IMG/VR virus record: IMGVR_UViG_3300025871_000007
From: an uncultured virus (IMG/VR IMGVR_UViG_3300025871_000007)
Lineage: Duplodnaviria; Heunggongvirae; Uroviricota; Caudoviricetes
DNA: 20,000 nucleotides
Direction: 5' to 3' (one strand)
Positions 16,238 to 20,000 of this stretch are shown in pieces. Under the pieces are notes generated by a model that was given only the letters and a program-made list of their open reading frames with translations, did no database searches and had not been told where the DNA came from. Position 1 is the stretch's first letter. Each line of letters starts with the position of its first letter. Made by a program: the position numbers and the translations under genes.

Positions 16238-16482
16238 TACATATCAAGTATATCATTCATAAATCTATCAATAACTTCTTGGTTTACTTGAAACTCTTCA
16301 CCCTCTTCCTTTAACTTAGTAAATCTTGATATGATACTCTTAGCTTCTTTCTGTGTGAGAATACCAGATTCTTCTGCTTTTTCAACCTCTCGACGAAATT
16401 TATACATGGGGTAATTAGCTGCTTTAATTAGCCGATCCGCTTCTTCATCTGTTAAGCGCTGCCCTTTAAAATAGTACATCAT
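16237..16482 (-). CDS. Hypothetical protein
   Basis: 81-aa ORF, stop/start coupled to the next gene. Confidence 0.6.
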   Translation of the reverse strand: MMYYFKGQRLTDEEADRLIKAANYPMYKFRREVEKAEESGILTQKEAKSIISRFTKLKEEGEEFQVNQEVIDRFMNDILDM

Positions 16483-16560
16483 CTACCTACTATACTACTT
16501 ATTTCACAAAACTTGGTTTCATTATATTTCCATAATTTTTAATTTTCTTTTTTTCCACCC

Positions 16561-16701
16561 CTAAATCTTTTCTTTAGGAATTGAAACTTTTGGAACTTTT
16601 ATACCTACATCTTGTTTATATTCTTTTGTGTTGCACTTTCCTAAACCTCTTCCAGTACCTGGCCCTTTACCTTCCGGTCCTGTTCCATCTTGTCTTGGCA
16701 T
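16561..16701 (-). CDS. 46-aa DUF5320-like Gly-rich protein (not in ORF track)
   Basis: MPRQDGTGPEGKGPGTGRGLGKC matches the DUF5320 N-terminal pattern; AAGGAG RBS. Confidence 0.75.
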   Translation of the reverse strand: MPRQDGTGPEGKGPGTGRGLGKCNTKEYKQDVGIKVPKVSIPKEKI

Positions 16702-16705
16702 AATA

Positions 16706-16852
16706 TTACTCCTTATTATAATTATTCAATTTATCTTCTAACCAACAAATATATTCTTCAGTATAAGGAACATTAGGATCATTCCAATTTCTTGAAGGTT
16801 TATTTGTTTCATTTTCATATTGTTTTTCATATTTACAATTTATATTACTCAT
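16706..16852 (-). CDS. 48-aa hypothetical protein (not in ORF track)
   Basis: MSNINCKYEKQYENETNKPSRNWNDPNVPYTEEYICWLEDKLNNYNKE; ATGA coupling with the upstream micro-ORF. Confidence 0.6.
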   Translation of the reverse strand: MSNINCKYEKQYENETNKPSRNWNDPNVPYTEEYICWLEDKLNNYNKE

Positions 16853-16917
16853 TTCACAAAACTAGGTTTTCCTTCACTTATTTCTTTTGATTTATACGTT
16901 GGTGGAAGAATTAACAT
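16849..16917 (-). CDS. 22-aa micro-ORF
   Basis: MLILPPTYKSKEISEGKPSFVK; tiles exactly between its neighbours. Confidence 0.4.
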   Translation of the reverse strand: MLILPPTYKSKEISEGKPSFVK

Positions 16918-16918
16918 T

Positions 16919-17077
16919 TTATAATTTACCCACAAGTTTCATTGTGCTATCTATAAATTTCATTATACTGTCTGTAATGTTTCTTATTCTTTTAACTTCT
17001 TCTTCAAGATCTTTTTTCTCTTGTTCAAGAATTATTATTCTTTCTTTAAGATCTTGTACTGTAAGTTCTATATCCAT
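16919..17077 (-). CDS. 52-aa coiled-coil protein (not in ORF track)
   Basis: MDIELTVQDLKERIIILEQEKKDLEEEVKRIRNITDSIMKFIDSTMKLVGKL; AAGGA upstream. Confidence 0.65.
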   Translation of the reverse strand: MDIELTVQDLKERIIILEQEKKDLEEEVKRIRNITDSIMKFIDSTMKLVGKL

Positions 17078-17194
17078 TTATTTTTCATCCTTCTTTTTTG
17101 TTATAGTATAATCACTTTCTATACCAGAAATAGCTTTCTTCCACTCAGGCCAAGAATTAACTTCTTCAGCTGCTTTGTAAATAGATTCAATCAT
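17078..17194 (-). CDS. 38-aa hypothetical protein (not in ORF track)
   Basis: MIESIYKAAEEVNSWPEWKKAISGIESDYTITKKKDEK; stop abuts the next start. Confidence 0.5.
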   Translation of the reverse strand: MIESIYKAAEEVNSWPEWKKAISGIESDYTITKKKDEK

Positions 17195-17206
17195 AGCATT
17201 GTTTAA

Positions 17207-17746
17207 TTAGAACTCCCACCACCAAATTCTTCCAGAAAATTGTCCATAATAATCACCAGAATTTAGAATAACTTTTTTAAATCCCATATTTTGCATTTCA
17301 GTTATTAAAGATCCTTTCGAAAACTCATGAACCCATACTTCTGTAAATAATACATAATACAAAGTTATAGTTGTATTTCTATATCCAGAAACAACTACAA
17401 AAATATTAAGATGCTTATCTAGATAAGATTCTCTAAGTCGTTCTCCATATTCTTTTCTGTTGATTATCATTTCTAATTCTTTTTGTTCTTTTTCTTTTTC
17501 TTTTAAAACTTTTATTTCTGGGGTTTCATCAATTATATTTTCAGCTTCTCTAAAAATAACTCTATTTTCCAAATACCAACTAGGTTGATTATTTATATAA
17601 TTTGATACATTTGAAATAATACACAATAGACCAACTATACCAAAGAAAACAGTAAAAATTATTTTTGGGCCTTTGTTTGTACCGGAATAAAATTTACTTA
17701 TTTTTTGTTGAATAAGTCTTAATAAAGATACTAAAAAATTTTTCAT
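17207..17746 (-). CDS. Single-TM membrane protein
   Basis: Start at 17746 (AAGGAG RBS, avoids overlap); TM segment IIFTVFFGIVGLLCII. Confidence 0.7.
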   Translation of the reverse strand: MKNFLVSLLRLIQQKISKFYSGTNKGPKIIFTVFFGIVGLLCIISNVSNYINNQPSWYLENRVIFREAENIIDETPEIKVLKEKEKEQKELEMIINRKEYGERLRESYLDKHLNIFVVVSGYRNTTITLYYVLFTEVWVHEFSKGSLITEMQNMGFKKVILNSGDYYGQFSGRIWWWEF

Positions 17747-17747
17747 A

Positions 17748-18008
17748 TTATTTACACTCCTTACAATAAGCAATACCTTTACCACCATTAACAAGTTCTT
17801 CTACAGGAACAGATCTACCACATTTAGAACAATTACTAAATCCTTCAACTAAAATAGGTCTTAATTCACCTTGTCTCCAATTTTTACAATTTAAACCTTC
17901 TTCTTCAGAAAAAGATTTCTTCATACCGTAATCACCATTAGGATGAAAACAATGATAGATACTAATAAAGACGCAGTTATTACAATGTTTTATTTCTTTA
18001 GAATCCAT
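17748..18008 (-). CDS. Cys-rich Zn-binding protein
   Basis: CNNC..C..C..CSKC..CKEC. Confidence 0.7.
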   Translation of the reverse strand: MDSKEIKHCNNCVFISIYHCFHPNGDYGMKKSFSEEEGLNCKNWRQGELRPILVEGFSNCSKCGRSVPVEELVNGGKGIAYCKECK

Positions 18009-18148
18009 TTTAAAATTTCTATCTCTCTATCTATTTTAATGTATTCATCAAAGTTAAAAAAAGGACTACCTATATTTTTATAAGATCCATCTTTTAATTT
18101 TTCTTGTAATTTCTTTATTCTATCTTTAATTTGTTTTTCAGTTTTCAT
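17990..18148 (-). CDS. 52-aa hypothetical protein (not in ORF track)
   Basis: MKTEKQIKDRIKKLQEKL...EIEILKWILKK. Confidence 0.6.
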   Translation of the reverse strand: MKTEKQIKDRIKKLQEKLKDGSYKNIGSPFFNFDEYIKIDREIEILKWILKK

Positions 18149-18162
18149 ATTTTATCTTTATG

Positions 18163-18235
18163 CTCTGGTGACTGGGTTCGAACCAGTGACCATTCGGTTA
18201 ACAGCCGAAGGCTCTTCCAACTGAGCTACACCAGA
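18163..18235 (-). tRNA. tRNA-Asn(GTT)
   Basis: Cloverleaf: TCTGGTG/CACCAGA acceptor, G73, D arm GCTC/GAGC, anticodon arm TTCGG-CTGTTAA-CCGAA, T arm with TTCGAAC; CCA not encoded. Confidence 0.95.
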
Positions 18236-18240
18236 ATATA

Positions 18241-18576
18241 TTATACACCTATTTCTTTTACTTCAGCTTCCAGTTCAATTTCTTTCTTTTTGAAATACCA
18301 ATCTATACCTTTTTTACTAAAATATACTGCTAATCCAGAGATACTTGTTATAATAGCATCTATAATGATATTTCCTGTATGAATTTGTATTCCATTAGAT
18401 GTAACTTCTATAGATGAAGAAGTTTCTTTTTTTGCATCTTTCATCATATATATTTCATGTGTTATTTCTGGCTTTGATTTAAAGAAATAGGAGTGATTTA
18501 TCACTCCTATTCCTAATCCACCAAAAATAATTATTAAAAACGAAGAAAAGTATATTACTCTCTTCTTGATTTTCAT
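18241..18576 (-). CDS. Two-TM membrane protein
   Basis: Hydrophobic segments near both ends; AAGGAG RBS. Confidence 0.65.
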   Translation of the reverse strand: MKIKKRVIYFSSFLIIIFGGLGIGVINHSYFFKSKPEITHEIYMMKDAKKETSSSIEVTSNGIQIHTGNIIIDAIITSISGLAVYFSKKGIDWYFKKKEIELEAEVKEIGV

Positions 18577-19310
18577 ACCGCTCCTTCTTCAAATAGAGTA
18601 TTTTGCTCTACTTTCTTTTCAGATTTCTTATTTTGAATTTTAATAGGCTTATATTTAATAGTTACAAGTTTAGATTCCCTAATTATCTCACGATATTGTG
18701 AAAGTTTGGCTTCTAACTGGGGCATATGCCTCTGAATGATAAGCATATTTTTGTCCCAAAGATCTGCAGTATATTCATTTTCCACTAACTCAATAGAATG
18801 ACCGAATTTGTTAAACCTCTCCCAAACTTTTTCAAAAGAACCTTCATTTAAAAGAGATAACTGATAAATACAAAGTGTTTTTCCTGTCGCAGTTTTGTGC
18901 AAAAGCTCCCCTGACAGTTGAATACCTAAAGATGGAAGAAGAAACTTTCTTTGTTCTTCATTATCACCTACAATAGTATCTTCAAACAATCTTCTACCTT
19001 CTAAAATGCTTTGAAAGATAGTAGAGCAATATAAAGCTGTTCCAATACCTTGTCTTCTATATTCTGGAACAGTTCCAACACTACCAAATTTCAAAATATG
19101 ACTTTGAGGACGTCCAGCAGCCATCATTGCACCAAGAATATTACCAGAAGTATCTTCACAATGCCAGCAGCTGATAGTATTTCCTTTTATTTTATCTTTA
19201 ATTCCCTCAAGAAAAGTAAATCCACCGAGAGCACAACTAATTTTGGGATGATTAAATATTAACTGTACTTTTTCAGCTTGCGATGATTCACTAATACAAA
19301 TCTTATACAT
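18573..19310 (-). CDS. GNAT-family N-acetyltransferase
   Basis: Acetyl-CoA motif A VGTVPEYRRQGIGTALY; AAGGAG RBS. Confidence 0.85.
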   Translation of the reverse strand: MYKICISESSQAEKVQLIFNHPKISCALGGFTFLEGIKDKIKGNTISCWHCEDTSGNILGAMMAAGRPQSHILKFGSVGTVPEYRRQGIGTALYCSTIFQSILEGRRLFEDTIVGDNEEQRKFLLPSLGIQLSGELLHKTATGKTLCIYQLSLLNEGSFEKVWERFNKFGHSIELVENEYTADLWDKNMLIIQRHMPQLEAKLSQYREIIRESKLVTIKYKPIKIQNKKSEKKVEQNTLFEEGAV

Positions 19311-19333
19311 GATATCTCCTTTAAAAAAGAATG

Positions 19334-19408
19334 TGGAGACGTGAGGTCTCGAACCTCAGTCCATGCTAGACTGTAGTCTAGCCGCTCTCCCTGTTGAGCT
19401 ACGCCCCC
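19334..19408 (-). tRNA. Atypical tRNA/tRNA-like gene: Ala-type acceptor stem, 8-nt anticodon loop, anticodon undetermined
   Basis: GGGGGCG/CGTCTCC-A acceptor, D arm GCTC/GAGC, GCTAG-ACTACAGT-CTAGC, T arm TGAGG-TTCGAGA-CCTCA. Confidence 0.75.
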
Positions 19409-19446
19409 GATATGCTTAATTATATGAATTGGATAGAATTACTCTA

Positions 19447-19770
19447 TTATTTTTTTTCATCGACAGATTTATTATCTATCAATGCTAATCCTAATAAAGC
19501 ACTCTCTAAAACGGTGATTTTATTATGTGGAAGTTTTAATTCATATATATAATTGATAAATTCAACTACTTCATGAATAAAAGTAGAATATCTCATAGCA
19601 GGAGGAGCAGATTTGTTTATTAGAATTTCTAATGTAGCAAATCTAGCTTCTCCCATATCATTATCTATCTTTTTACCATTAACTAATTTAACTGTAATAA
19701 CATGAGGTCCAATAATAATTCTTTTTGGTACCTTATTTCTCTTTACACTATTTTTAGTTATTCTTATCAT
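19447..19770 (-). CDS. Zincin/ImmA-IrrE-like small phage protein with HExxE variant motif
   Basis: GEARF..ILIN..STFIHEVVEFI; second His of HExxH replaced by Glu. Confidence 0.6.
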   Translation of the reverse strand: MIRITKNSVKRNKVPKRIIIGPHVITVKLVNGKKIDNDMGEARFATLEILINKSAPPAMRYSTFIHEVVEFINYIYELKLPHNKITVLESALLGLALIDNKSVDEKK

Positions 19771-20000
19771 ATTTTAATTTTTGTTCTTTCTGTTATTGCA
19801 GCAGTTTCACAATTTTTTAATATTTCTGGACAATCTTCTTGTTTTAATATATATTCTCGAATTGCTCTAATTGATTCTAAATCTATCTTTTTTAATTCTT
19901 CTTTTGCTTCTTTATCTGCTATATCTGCTAAAACATCCGGAGTAAAAATTTCATCTTTAGTTTTTTCTACAATTTTTTCTCCATCCCATTTTAATTTATA
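19767..20000 (-). CDS. Hypothetical protein, 3' part only
   Basis: Open from the window end: YKLKWDGEKIVEK...ELKKIDLESIRAIREY...KIKI*; ATGA overlap with the next gene. Confidence 0.6.
   Translation of the reverse strand, partial: YKLKWDGEKIVEKTKDEIFTPDVLADIADKEAKEELKKIDLESIRAIREYILKQEDCPEILKNCETAAITERTKIKI

Noticed and set aside
16522..16563. TAG readthrough extending the DUF5320-like ORF
   Set aside because: Would add only about 12 residues before TAA; no other sign of amber readthrough.
8276..19262. + strand ORFs within the - strand block (8276, 10889, 11535, 11937, 12684, 13032, 14786, 15095, 15974, 16887, 17021, 18131, 19050)
   Set aside because: Antisense shadows of tightly tiled - strand genes or the tRNA, with Phe/Ser/Ile-rich composition typical of reverse-complemented coding DNA.
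19334..19408. Amber suppressor tRNA (CTA in the loop) and genome recoding
   Set aside because: CTA is not at positions 34-36 after a U33; TAG and TGA end genes normally here and long genes are uninterrupted under code 11.

Overview
AT-rich, densely coding window that looks like a large dsDNA phage genome (terminase large subunit, three sigma-factor-like genes, SF2 helicase, tRNAs, many small orphan ORFs, no cellular housekeeping genes). A + strand block (1-7649) and a - strand block (7771-20000) converge on a 36-bp palindromic terminator. Two things stand out. (1) A candidate RNA-guided system at 7700-10310: a solo RAMP/Cas7-like gene (8171-8746) among five intergenic arrays of 16-18 pentamers, each a near-constant triplet (mostly GTT on the - strand) plus a variable dinucleotide. 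Reading only the dinucleotides of array A and skipping every third target base gives a 26/30-nt match to codon positions 1-2 of the neighbouring metallophosphoesterase gene (7401-7445), with all four mismatches being conservative amino-acid changes. This suggests a gapped, wobble-skipping guide code aimed at a homologue in a competing element. (2) An intein in the helicase DExH motif whose central part is dual-coding: a Zn-finger/DUF559-like endonuclease is overprinted in the +1 frame while the intein frame stays open. Also noted: an Ala-identity tRNA-like gene with an 8-nt anticodon loop, a four-gene paralogue array and a structured intergenic element with anti-SD-like loops. Family assignments come from motif recognition by eye; no searches were run.
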